A stretch of DNA of 64,000 bases from Kiloniellales bacterium (lineage in GTDB: Bacteria > Pseudomonadota > Alphaproteobacteria > Kiloniellales > JAKSDN01): NCBI GenBank assembly GCA_030064845.1, contig JASJEC010000024.1, forward strand, positions 1,102 to 65,101. The letters run 5' to 3'. Position numbers and translations under genes: made by a program. This document shows positions 30,168-38,396 of the stretch, piece after piece. The first letter of the stretch is position 1. The number at the start of each line of letters is the position of its first letter. The notes under the pieces are model-generated. The model ran no database searches. It saw only the letters and a list, made by a program, of their open reading frames with translations, and was not told the origin of the DNA.

Positions 30168-30199
30168 TGTTTGGACAGGCGGCGAGCGAGGCCCGAACT

Positions 30200-30784
30200 A
30201 TGACCACTGGCAACAGAATTGGCAGGCTTCTACGCGGCGATGAAGGCGTCACGGCCATGGAGTTCGTGATGGTCCTGCCGTTCCTTCTCTTCCTGCTGAT
30301 GGGCGGCATCGAGCTCTCTACCTACGTGCTGTTGCACAACAAGCTCGGGCGGGTCGCGTCTACCACCGCCGATCTCACAACCCGCACGCCGGAAGTCACC
30401 GAGCAGGACCTGCAGCAGATCCTCGGCGCCTCCTCGACGGTCGCCCTGCCCTATCAGCTCGACGTGCAGGGCGCTGTGGTGATCAGCTCGGTCACCGCCA
30501 ATCCCGACCCCGACGCCACCCCGCCGGTCGCGGTCAGCTGGCAGCGCAATATCGCCGGTTCGGGCGTGGACTACGACAGTCAGATCGGCGTCGAAGGACA
30601 GGCGGCCAACCTGCCCACCGGTTTCAGCCTAAGACCGACGCAGAACGCCATCATCGTTGAGATCTTCTACGACTACGAGCCCATGTGGTTCGGCCAGGTG
30701 ACCGGGCAGCAGCAGATCTACTACCGGGCCGTCAAATTCCCCCGTAACGGCGCCCTCTCGGCGATCCAGGCTCCCGCGACCTAA
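30200..30784 (+). CDS. TadE-like pilus assembly / pseudopilin-like protein
   Basis: LLRGDEGVTAMEFVMVLPFLLFLLMGGIELSTYVLLHNKLGRVASTTADL. Confidence 0.8.
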   Translation: MTTGNRIGRLLRGDEGVTAMEFVMVLPFLLFLLMGGIELSTYVLLHNKLGRVASTTADLTTRTPEVTEQDLQQILGASSTVALPYQLDVQGAVVISSVTANPDPDATPPVAVSWQRNIAGSGVDYDSQIGVEGQAANLPTGFSLRPTQNAIIVEIFYDYEPMWFGQVTGQQQIYYRAVKFPRNGALSAIQAPAT

Positions 30785-30810
30785 GACCTGTGACTGCGCG
30801 GGCGGCGCCC

Positions 30811-31308
30811 TCAGGACCGCCGCGGGATGGCGATCGATCTTCCGGCCTCCTCGGGGCGCGGCAGCGCGCTCTGCGCCCGTGCCACCTCCTGCAGCCGCGA
30901 AAGCACGGCCTCGCCGAAGGGCGCGGCCCGCGGGACGCTCATGTCGACGTTGAGCAGCATGCACTCGGCGGTCGAGAGGCGGTCTCCGCTCTCCCCGTGC
31001 ACCATGATGTGGAACAGGTGGAAGCGCTTGCGGTCGAAATCGAGCAGCCTGGTCTCGACCTCGACCCCCTCACCCTCGCCGACCTCCTGGAGGTAGGTGA
31101 TGTGGGTCTCCAGGGTATAGATCGAGGTATTGGTCTCCTCGCGCATGGCTGCGTCCATGCCGATGAAGTCCATAAAGGCGTCGGTCGCCCGGCTGAAGAT
31201 CAGGAGGTAATAGGCCTCGTTAAGGTGCCCGTTGTAGTCGATCCACTCGGGCTGGACCCGGTCGCGGTGCAACCGCAGCCCGCCGCCCTCGCCGCCCTCG
31301 CCGCCCAC
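30811..31308 (-). CDS. Acyl-CoA thioesterase, hotdog fold (CdhB/4HBT-like)
   Basis: VQPEWIDYNGHLNEAYYLLIFSRATDAFMDFIGMD...SIYTLETHITYLQEV; typical 4HBT DYNGHLN region. Start uncertain. Confidence 0.8.
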   Translation of the reverse strand: MGGEGGEGGGLRLHRDRVQPEWIDYNGHLNEAYYLLIFSRATDAFMDFIGMDAAMREETNTSIYTLETHITYLQEVGEGEGVEVETRLLDFDRKRFHLFHIMVHGESGDRLSTAECMLLNVDMSVPRAAPFGEAVLSRLQEVARAQSALPRPEEAGRSIAIPRRS

Positions 31309-31312
31309 GGCG

Positions 31313-33730
31313 CTACGCTCTCAAGCGTTCGTTCCCCGGGTCGTAGGCCGGTTTCGCCAGGACCCGGCAGGCGCGCCGCTCACCCTGGATCGTGACCTCG
31401 AGCGCTGTCTCCGGCGCCGCCTGCGCCGGCTTCACGTAGGCGAAGGCGAGCGACTTGCCGACCGCGTGCCCGTAGCCGCCGGAGGTGGTCACGCCCACCG
31501 TCGCGCCGTTGGCGTGGACCGGCTCGTTGCCCAGGGGGTCGGCGTCCGCGGCGTCGACGTCGAGGTAGACCAGCTTGAGGTCGATGCCGTTGCCGCGCCG
31601 CGCAACCAGGGCCTCTCGCCCGACGAAGTCACCCTTGTCCAAGTCGACGAAGCGATCCAGGCCCGCCTCGATCGGGGTGATCTCGTTGGTCAGCTCCGAG
31701 CCCCAGCCCTTGTAGCCTTTCTCCATGCGCAGGGAGTTGAGCGCGTAGGCGCCAAAGTCGGCGATGCCGTGGGCTTGGCCGACTTCCATCAGGGCGTCGT
31801 AGACCTGTTCGAGCCGGGCCATGGGCGTGTGCAGCTCCCAGCCGAGCTCGCCCGCGTAGGAGACCCTGAGCGCGTGGAGGTCCACGCCCGCCACGGCGAT
31901 GGTCCGCGCGGTCAGCCAGCGGAACGCGCCGCTGCTCAGATCCGCGTCGGTCAGGGCGCCCAGAACGTCGCGCGACTTGGGGCCGGTCAGCACCAGGACC
32001 CCATAGTCGTCGGTGACGTTGGTCGCCGTCGCCGTCTCCCCGCCGCGCCGGTCCTGGGTCAGGAAGTCGAGGTCACGCAGCTCGGCGACCGCCGCCGAGA
32101 GCAGGTAGTAGCGGCCCTCGTGCACCCGGGTCACGGTGAACTCGCTCTCGATCCGGCCCGCCTCGGTCAGGTGATGGGCCAGGACGATGCCGCCGTCCTT
32201 CCTGGGCATGCGGTTGGCCAGAAGCCGGTTCAGGAGGGCCTCGGCGTCGGGGCCCGCGACCTCGAACTTGGCGAAGCTCGAGAGGTCGAAGACCCCGACC
32301 CTCTCGCGCACCGCTCTGCATTCCTCGGCGACGTGATCGAAGGTAGAGGTCCGGCGGAAGCCGTACTCCTCTTCAGCCCCATCAGGCGCGAACCACTTCG
32401 GCCGCTCCCAGCCGAAGACCTCGGCGTAGACCGCGCCCTGGTTCTTGAGCTTGCCGTAGAGCGGCGTGGTTCGGACCGGACGGCCCGCCTCGCGGAACTC
32501 GCCCGGGTAGTGCACCTGGTACATCTGCTGGTACTCGTCGATCGACTTCTGCAAGGCGTAGTCGCCGAGCGACCAGTCGCCGTAGCGCCTGGGGTCGAGG
32601 CCATACATGTTGATGTCGGCCTGGCCATGCACCATCCACTGGGCGAGATACTTGCCCGCGCCCGGTCCTTGGGTGATGCCGATCGAGGCGCCGCAGCACA
32701 TCCAGTAGTTCTTCACGCCCGGCGCCGGGCCGAGCAGGAAGCTGCCGTCCGGCAGGTGGGTGATCGGGCCGTTGACGATCCGCTTGATGCCGGCGGTCTC
32801 GAAGCAGGGCAGCCGGTGCATGGCGTGCTCGAGGCTGGTCGAGATCTGGTCCAGGTCGGGCGGCAGCAGCTCCATGTCGAAGCCCCAGTCGATCCCGTCG
32901 AGGCCCCAGGCCTGGGCGTTCTCCATTTCGTAGGGCCCGATCAGGATGCCCTTCTGCTCCTGGCGGTAGTAGGCCGAGGCGATGGGGTCGCGGACCACAG
33001 GCGGCTCCTTGTCCAGCGCCTCCACCTCGGCCAGGTTCTCGGTCACCAGGTACTGGTGGCTCATGTTGACGATCGGCACCCGGTAGTCGATCCAGGCCGA
33101 GACCTGGTCGCCGAAGGAGCCGGCCGCGTTGACCACGTGCTCGCAGGTGATCGTGCCCTGCTCGGTGATCACCTCCCATTCGCCGCTTGCGCGCTGCTTG
33201 GTGTCGAGCACCCGGTTGCGCAGCACGATCTCGGCGCCGCCCATGCGCGCGCCCTTGGCCATGGCGTGGGTCGCGCTGGCCGGGTCGGTGTGGCCGTCGT
33301 GGGGCGTGTAGGCGCCCGCCAGGATGCCCTCGACATTCAGCAGCGGATGCAGGTTCTTGATCTCGTTGGGGCCGATGATGTGCATCTCCACGCCGATGTA
33401 GGCGAGCTGGCCCTGGACGTAGCGGAACCAGTCGACCTCGTCGGGCTTGGTCGCCAGGCGGATCGCGCCGCAGCCGTGCCAGCCCGTCGCCTGCCCGGTC
33501 TCCGCCTCGAGGGTCTTGTAGAGCTCCACCCCGTGGGCGTGGATCGCGGCCATGGAGAGCCCGCCGATAAAGTGCGGGATCAGGCCGGCCGCGTGCCAGG
33601 TCGAGCCCGAGGTGAGCTCGCCCTTGTCGATCAGCACGACGTCGGACCAGCCTTCCTTGGTCAGGTGATAGAGCAGGCCGGCCCCCATGGCACCGCCGCC
33701 GATCACCACCACGCGCGCATGGCTTTTCAT
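31313..33730 (-). CDS. FAD-dependent oxidoreductase / aminomethyltransferase (dimethylglycine or sarcosine dehydrogenase-like)
   Basis: ARVVVIGGGAMGAGLLYHLTKEGWSDVVLIDKGELTSGSTWHAAG (DAO domain) plus C-terminal GcvT-like domain LRVSYAGELGWELH...LRMEKGYKGWGSELTNEITPIEAGL. Confidence 0.93.
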   Translation of the reverse strand: MKSHARVVVIGGGAMGAGLLYHLTKEGWSDVVLIDKGELTSGSTWHAAGLIPHFIGGLSMAAIHAHGVELYKTLEAETGQATGWHGCGAIRLATKPDEVDWFRYVQGQLAYIGVEMHIIGPNEIKNLHPLLNVEGILAGAYTPHDGHTDPASATHAMAKGARMGGAEIVLRNRVLDTKQRASGEWEVITEQGTITCEHVVNAAGSFGDQVSAWIDYRVPIVNMSHQYLVTENLAEVEALDKEPPVVRDPIASAYYRQEQKGILIGPYEMENAQAWGLDGIDWGFDMELLPPDLDQISTSLEHAMHRLPCFETAGIKRIVNGPITHLPDGSFLLGPAPGVKNYWMCCGASIGITQGPGAGKYLAQWMVHGQADINMYGLDPRRYGDWSLGDYALQKSIDEYQQMYQVHYPGEFREAGRPVRTTPLYGKLKNQGAVYAEVFGWERPKWFAPDGAEEEYGFRRTSTFDHVAEECRAVRERVGVFDLSSFAKFEVAGPDAEALLNRLLANRMPRKDGGIVLAHHLTEAGRIESEFTVTRVHEGRYYLLSAAVAELRDLDFLTQDRRGGETATATNVTDDYGVLVLTGPKSRDVLGALTDADLSSGAFRWLTARTIAVAGVDLHALRVSYAGELGWELHTPMARLEQVYDALMEVGQAHGIADFGAYALNSLRMEKGYKGWGSELTNEITPIEAGLDRFVDLDKGDFVGREALVARRGNGIDLKLVYLDVDAADADPLGNEPVHANGATVGVTTSGGYGHAVGKSLAFAYVKPAQAAPETALEVTIQGERRACRVLAKPAYDPGNERLRA

Positions 33731-33752
33731 GTCTTCGTATCCCCGTTCCTGA

Positions 33753-35342
33753 TTACCAGCGGTCGTTGCCGAGCCGCATGTTGTCACGCGCGATCCTGAC
33801 CGGAAAGCGTTCGCGAATGGCCGCATCCTGATCCGGCGTGATGTAGTCCGGATAATGCTCCGCCAGGATGGCCTTGACCTGGGCGCGGGCCTTTTGGCGG
33901 ACATCGGTCGATCCCTGCTCCACCCATTCCTTCGGGCTCGAACGGTCGCCGACCTCGGGATAGACGTACTCCGCCTGCATCAGGCCGAGCGTCTGTTCGT
34001 GCCCGAGGAAGTGCCCCGGCCCTTCCATGCAGACTTGGCGGATGGTCTCGACGGAGAGGCTCTCGTCGGTCACCTCGATGCCGCGCACGCCGCGCAGCAC
34101 CGCGCCGATCGTGTCGTTATCAATCACCAAGCTCTCCAGACAGAAGCCCAGGAGCGAGGCATGCATGCCAGCAGACTCATAGATCATGTTGGCGCCGGCA
34201 AGGCCGGCCAGCGCCTGGGTATAACCCTTCTCCAGGCCGGCCTGGGCGTCCGGCACCTTCGAGTCGGTCATGCCGGCCGGCACGCCGCCGCTCAGATCGT
34301 AGAAGTGCGCCATCTGGGCGCAGGCCGCGCTGAGCAGCGCCTGCTCACCGCTGCCGCCGCTCATTGCGCCGGTGCGCAGATCGGAGACAAAGGGCCAGGT
34401 TCCCATGATCGCCGGATGGCCGGGCACGATCAGGTTGACATAGACCAGGCCGGCGAGCACTTCCGCGACCTCCTGCACGATCGAGCCGGCAAGCGCCGCC
34501 GGGCTGGTGGCCCCGGCCTGTCCGGCCGACAGCAGCAGCACCGGCATGCCGCCGCGCACGCAGACCTCGAGCGCCCGGCAGGCGTCCTCCGCGAACTTCA
34601 TCGGCGGCACCACGTGGCAGCACGACAGCGACACGAAGGGCCGCTCGCGCCACTGCTTCTCGCCACCGGCGACGTAGTGCAGCATTTCCAGGGATTCCGC
34701 GGCATGCTCCGGCAGGACGAAGCTGGTGCCGACATGCTTGGCGGTGCCCGAGATCGCCGCGTAGCAGGTGTTGAGATCCATCTCACGCGGGTCTTCCAGG
34801 TCGCGGCAGACGATGGAGCGCTGGAAGAAATGGATGTTGTCCATCCGGTCGACGACACGGGCGATGTCGTAGAGGTCGAGCGAGGTCGACTCCCGGTATT
34901 CGCCGGTCATCGCGTCGACCATGTGGACCGCCGCCCCGGCGGTGCCGAAGTAGACCTTCTTGCCCCAGGGCTCCAGGTCGTGCTTCGGGTCCCGTCCGTG
35001 GATCGGGAAGTGCCGGGCGCAGTTTGCCAGGGTGTCCTCGACCAGGGTCCGGGGAAAGATCAGCCGCCCCTCCTCGCTCAGCTTGCCGCCGGCCGCCGTC
35101 ACCATCTCGACGCAGGAGGGGATGGCGTCGGCCAGTCCCACCGTCTCCAGCAGATCCAGTGCGGCTCTGTGGATCTTCTCGACCTCGGCGTCGGTAAGGG
35201 GCTTGTAGCGACCGCCCTCCATGCCGGGTTTCACCGCCCGCTCCGCCTCGGGGATCGGCGCGGCGCGCAGCTCGCGCCGGGCCGAGCGCCCGCCACGCCT
35301 TCTGGTGACGACTTCTGCTCCCGTCATCTCAGGACTCCACAA
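33753..35342 (-). CDS. MttB superfamily (non-pyrrolysine) corrinoid methyltransferase
   Basis: Continuous 529-aa ORF without in-frame amber; HAAESLEMLHYVAGGEKQWRERPFVSLSCCHVVPPMKFAED, AGQAGATSPAALAG, GGVPAGMTDSKVPDAQAGLEKG. Confidence 0.88.
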   Translation of the reverse strand: MWSPEMTGAEVVTRRRGGRSARRELRAAPIPEAERAVKPGMEGGRYKPLTDAEVEKIHRAALDLLETVGLADAIPSCVEMVTAAGGKLSEEGRLIFPRTLVEDTLANCARHFPIHGRDPKHDLEPWGKKVYFGTAGAAVHMVDAMTGEYRESTSLDLYDIARVVDRMDNIHFFQRSIVCRDLEDPREMDLNTCYAAISGTAKHVGTSFVLPEHAAESLEMLHYVAGGEKQWRERPFVSLSCCHVVPPMKFAEDACRALEVCVRGGMPVLLLSAGQAGATSPAALAGSIVQEVAEVLAGLVYVNLIVPGHPAIMGTWPFVSDLRTGAMSGGSGEQALLSAACAQMAHFYDLSGGVPAGMTDSKVPDAQAGLEKGYTQALAGLAGANMIYESAGMHASLLGFCLESLVIDNDTIGAVLRGVRGIEVTDESLSVETIRQVCMEGPGHFLGHEQTLGLMQAEYVYPEVGDRSSPKEWVEQGSTDVRQKARAQVKAILAEHYPDYITPDQDAAIRERFPVRIARDNMRLGNDRW

Positions 35343-35368
35343 AAAGGGATCGAGGCCACTCCCTACAT

Positions 35369-35449
35369 CTTGTCATGCCCGGACTTGATCCGGGCATCCA
35401 GGGTTGCCAACCGCCCTGGATTGCCGTGTCGCGCACGGCAATGACAAGA
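35369..35449. repeat. REP-like palindromic intergenic repeat
   Basis: Outer arms TCTTGTCAT...ATGACAAGA with two internal hairpins: GCCCGGACTTGATCCGGGC (35377-35395) and TTGCCGTGTCGCGCACGGCAA (35421-35441). Resembles dispersed alphaproteobacterial palindromes. Confidence 0.7.
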
Positions 35450-35472
35450 AAAACGTGTTTGCACTCACAAGG

Positions 35473-36351
35473 CTAGTTTCTCGCCCTCAGGCCCAGTTTC
35501 TCACGAGCCTCGGCCGGCGTCACGGCGCGCGCGCCCATCAACTCGATGATCTGGATCGCGCGCTCGACCAGCTGGCCGTTGCTGGCGAAGACTCCCTTCT
35601 CGAGATAGAGGTTGTCCTCCAGACCGACCCGGACGTGGCCGCCCAGCAGAATGGCCTGGGCGACCATGGGCATCTCCATGGCCGAGATCGCGAAGCCGGC
35701 CCAGACGGCGTTCTCGGGCAGGTCCTCGGTCATGGTCTTCATGGCCGCCGTGGTCGCCGGCGCGCCCCAGGGGATGCCGAGGCAGATCTGGTAGAGCGGC
35801 GGGTCGTCGACCAACCCCTCCTTGACCAGCTGGGTCGCGAAGCGCACGTGGCCCGTGTCGAAGCACTCCAACTCCGGCTTGACGCCCAGCTCCTGGATCT
35901 TCTTGGCCATGATGCGGAGCATCTCCGGCGTGCTGACGTAGCAGCCGGCGCCGAAGTTGAGCGTGCCGCAGTCGAGCGAGCAGATCTCGGGCAGCAGGGC
36001 CTCGACATGCTCCAGCCGCTCCAGGGGCCCGACCATGTCCGTGCCCGGGCCGCCGACCGCCGGATTCTCCTCGCTCGGGAAGAAATCGCCGCCCATGCCC
36101 GCCGTCAGGTTGATCACCACGTCGACGTCGGCGTCGCGCACCCGGTCCACCACCTCGCCGTAGTACTCCAGCTTCCGGCTCGGCTGGCCGTCGGGCTCGC
36201 GCACGTGCATGTGGGCGATCGCGGCCCCGGCCCGCGCCGCCTCGATCGCCGCGTCGGCGATCTGCTTCGGGGTCACCGGGATTGCCGGGTGCTTGTCCAC
36301 GGTGTCGCCCGCGCCGGTCACGGCGCAGGAGACGATCACTTCACGGTTCAT
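35473..36351 (-). CDS. BKACE (DUF849) beta-keto acid cleavage enzyme
   Basis: [72 protein letters not shown]-like [14 protein letters not shown]. Confidence 0.92.
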   Translation of the reverse strand: MNREVIVSCAVTGAGDTVDKHPAIPVTPKQIADAAIEAARAGAAIAHMHVREPDGQPSRKLEYYGEVVDRVRDADVDVVINLTAGMGGDFFPSEENPAVGGPGTDMVGPLERLEHVEALLPEICSLDCGTLNFGAGCYVSTPEMLRIMAKKIQELGVKPELECFDTGHVRFATQLVKEGLVDDPPLYQICLGIPWGAPATTAAMKTMTEDLPENAVWAGFAISAMEMPMVAQAILLGGHVRVGLEDNLYLEKGVFASNGQLVERAIQIIELMGARAVTPAEAREKLGLRARN

Positions 36352-36577
36352 GGCGGCGCTACTCCCAAGATGCGGCCCCCGGCAGCGATGCGGGCGTTTC
36401 TCCAAGCTGGCTGCACGCTATCGACAAGGCCCTTCCGAAGTCTTGCATTTTCCCGCCAAAAATTTGCTCTGCGCCGCCACGGGTGGAGCGCGCGGCCGCA
36501 GAGCGCGCCCGCGCTAGGAAATCCTTTAGGCCGAACTACTAGCCTCGACGGCCCCACAAACCTCAAGGAACCCGCTC

Positions 36578-37402
36578 ATGTCCCTCAAGGAAAGACTGGC
36601 GGCGATCGACCGAGCCGAGGCGGCGCCGGCCTTCCGTGCGCCGGCAACCGAGGCCGAGATCCGCGCCCTCGGCGAGGCGGTCTCCGAGGCGGTGGGCCTC
36701 GATCTTCCCGAGGACCTGGCCACCCTCTATCGTTGGCACGACGGCCAGGCGCCCGACCAGCGGCTGGTCGAGGGCGAGACCTTTCGCCTGCTCCCGATCG
36801 CCGAGGCCCTCAGGGAGTGGCGCTTGTTCCTGGACCCGGAGAGCGACTATCTGGAGCCCTATCGGCCCACCTGGTTCCCCCTCTGCTTGAACGGCAACTC
36901 GGACTACCTGGCCTACGATCTCGAGGAAGGCAGCCTGATCGCCTACTGGCACGACGATCCGGACCGCGATGTGGAGCACCCCTCTCTGGAGGACTGGGCC
37001 GACTCCCTGGTCGAAGAGCTTGCCGCGACGGCGCCCCGGCAGGCGCCGGCCGGCCTGATCGGCAGCGAGCCGGTCGAGAGCCTGACCCTCACGCTGCGGC
37101 CCGGCAAGAACGAGAAGCGAGCTGACGTGATCCGCAGCCTGACCCAGCTGACCGGCCTCTCGCTGGGCGAAGTCGCCAAGGCCTTCGCAGACGGGCACGA
37201 GGGTATCGCCATTGCCCTGAGGGAGTCCGTCAACAGCCTGGAGCGGGCAAAGCAGATCCGGGGCGCGCGGAAGGCCCTGGAGCTGCTGGAAGCCGAGGGC
37301 TTCGCACCCAGCCTTGAGGTCGGCGCAGGCGGCGGTGAGACCGAGGCCGCGGCCGGCGAGGCCCTGAAGCAGCTCGAGAACCGCTGCTTGACCGGCGGCT
37401 AG
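36578..37402 (+). CDS. SMI1/KNR4-like domain protein with possible L7/L12 C-terminal-like domain
   Basis: N-terminus LDLPEDLATLYRWHDGQAPDQ...NSDYLAYDLEEGSLIAYWHDDP (SMI1/KNR4-like); C-terminus VIRSLTQLTGLSLGEVAKAF...ARKALELLEAEGFAPSLEV. Confidence 0.7.
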   Translation: MSLKERLAAIDRAEAAPAFRAPATEAEIRALGEAVSEAVGLDLPEDLATLYRWHDGQAPDQRLVEGETFRLLPIAEALREWRLFLDPESDYLEPYRPTWFPLCLNGNSDYLAYDLEEGSLIAYWHDDPDRDVEHPSLEDWADSLVEELAATAPRQAPAGLIGSEPVESLTLTLRPGKNEKRADVIRSLTQLTGLSLGEVAKAFADGHEGIAIALRESVNSLERAKQIRGARKALELLEAEGFAPSLEVGAGGGETEAAAGEALKQLENRCLTGG

Positions 37403-37469
37403 AGCAGATCTAGCCGCGCGTTGTTGCCGCGCGGTCGCGGCTCTATAATTTTCGACCACCTGGGATGGA

Positions 37470-38123
37470 ATGGGTGCCATGGCGGAGAAAGCGGGGGCGG
37501 GCAAGACCGGATCCACGGCCCGCAGGGCCGAGCGCGACCTGCGGAGCGCGATCCTGGAGACCACCCTGGACCTGGCCGAACGGGGCAACTGGCCTGACCT
37601 GCGCCTGAGCCAGGTGGCCGCGGCGCTCAACATCTCCCCGGCCGAGATCCTGGCCCACTTCCGCGACAAGGACGCGGTCGCCGACGCTCTCTTCCAGCGC
37701 GGCTGGCAGGCCATGCTCGACACGCCGCCCGAAGGCTTCGCCGCACTGCCGCCCAAGGAGCGGCTCTACCTCCTGCTCTGCCGCTGGTTCGACGCCCTCT
37801 CGCCGAGGCACACCGTGGCGGTCGAGATGCTGAAGGAGAAGATCTACCTTTCCCACCCGCACCACTGGGTGCCCCTGATCTTCAACCTCTCGCGGACCAT
37901 CCAGTGGCTGCGCGACGCGGCCTACCTGGATGCGACGGGCGTCCGCCGGCAGCTCGAGGAGGTCGGCCTGACCGGCCTCTTCCTGGCGACGCTGCGCGTC
38001 TGGGCCCGGGACGACTCGCCGGGCCAGGAGCGAACCAAGGAGTTCCTCCAGCGGCGCCTGTCGCGGGCCGACGAGCTGGTGGCCCGGATCTGGGGCGGCC
38101 GGTCGGAGAACCCGAGCAGCTGA
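37470..38123 (+). CDS. COQ9-like / TetR-fold protein
   Basis: LRSAILETTLDLAERGNWPDLRLSQVAAALNISPAEILAHFRDKDAVADALFQRGWQAML. Confidence 0.75.
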   Translation: MGAMAEKAGAGKTGSTARRAERDLRSAILETTLDLAERGNWPDLRLSQVAAALNISPAEILAHFRDKDAVADALFQRGWQAMLDTPPEGFAALPPKERLYLLLCRWFDALSPRHTVAVEMLKEKIYLSHPHHWVPLIFNLSRTIQWLRDAAYLDATGVRRQLEEVGLTGLFLATLRVWARDDSPGQERTKEFLQRRLSRADELVARIWGGRSENPSS

Positions 38124-38124
38124 C

Positions 38125-38396
38125 CTAGGGCCTGTGGACATACAGGGCACGCTCCTGGTCCGAGTGAAATCGGCCCGCTGTTAGGCGCGAGGAGGAAGGA
38201 CATGCCGAGCATATTCGACGACAAGCAACGCGGCAGCGGGCCGATTGCGCCGGATCCCTTCGGGACGGGGCGCATTTGCGCCGGGGCGGCGTCACGGAAG
38301 GACTTGTGGGGCCCAACCCCACGGCACCTCCCGCTCCTGGCCCCGGCGCAAATGCGCTCCCGCCAGGAGCGCGCCGTGAATGTCCACAGGCCCTAG
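38125..38396. mobile_element. MITE-like nested inverted-repeat element, 272 bp
   Basis: 34-bp terminal inverted repeats 38125-38158 and 38363-38396 match at 31/34 positions; internal inverted repeats 38168-38180/38234-38246 (13 bp, perfect) and 38271-38286/38341-38356 (16 bp, perfect). CTAG at both outer ends. Confidence 0.75.

Noticed and set aside
32382-33179. 265-aa - strand ORF overlapping the DMGDH-like gene in another frame
   Set aside because: Out-of-frame Arg/Gly/Pro-rich translation. The main frame has clear FAD and GcvT domains.
33753-35342. Possible pyrrolysine-encoding mttB
   Set aside because: No in-frame TAG interrupts the ORF; it is a non-Pyl MttB superfamily member.
37470-38123. 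TetR repressor controlling neighbouring catabolic genes
   Set aside because: The N-terminal HTH-like segment is shared with COQ9-type proteins, and size and C-terminus fit COQ9 better. The regulator role was not claimed.
36578-38123. Toxin-immunity or defence module centred on the SMI1/KNR4-like protein
   Set aside because: No toxin, nuclease, polymorphic-toxin cassette or other defence gene adjacent. Only the domain pairing is reported.
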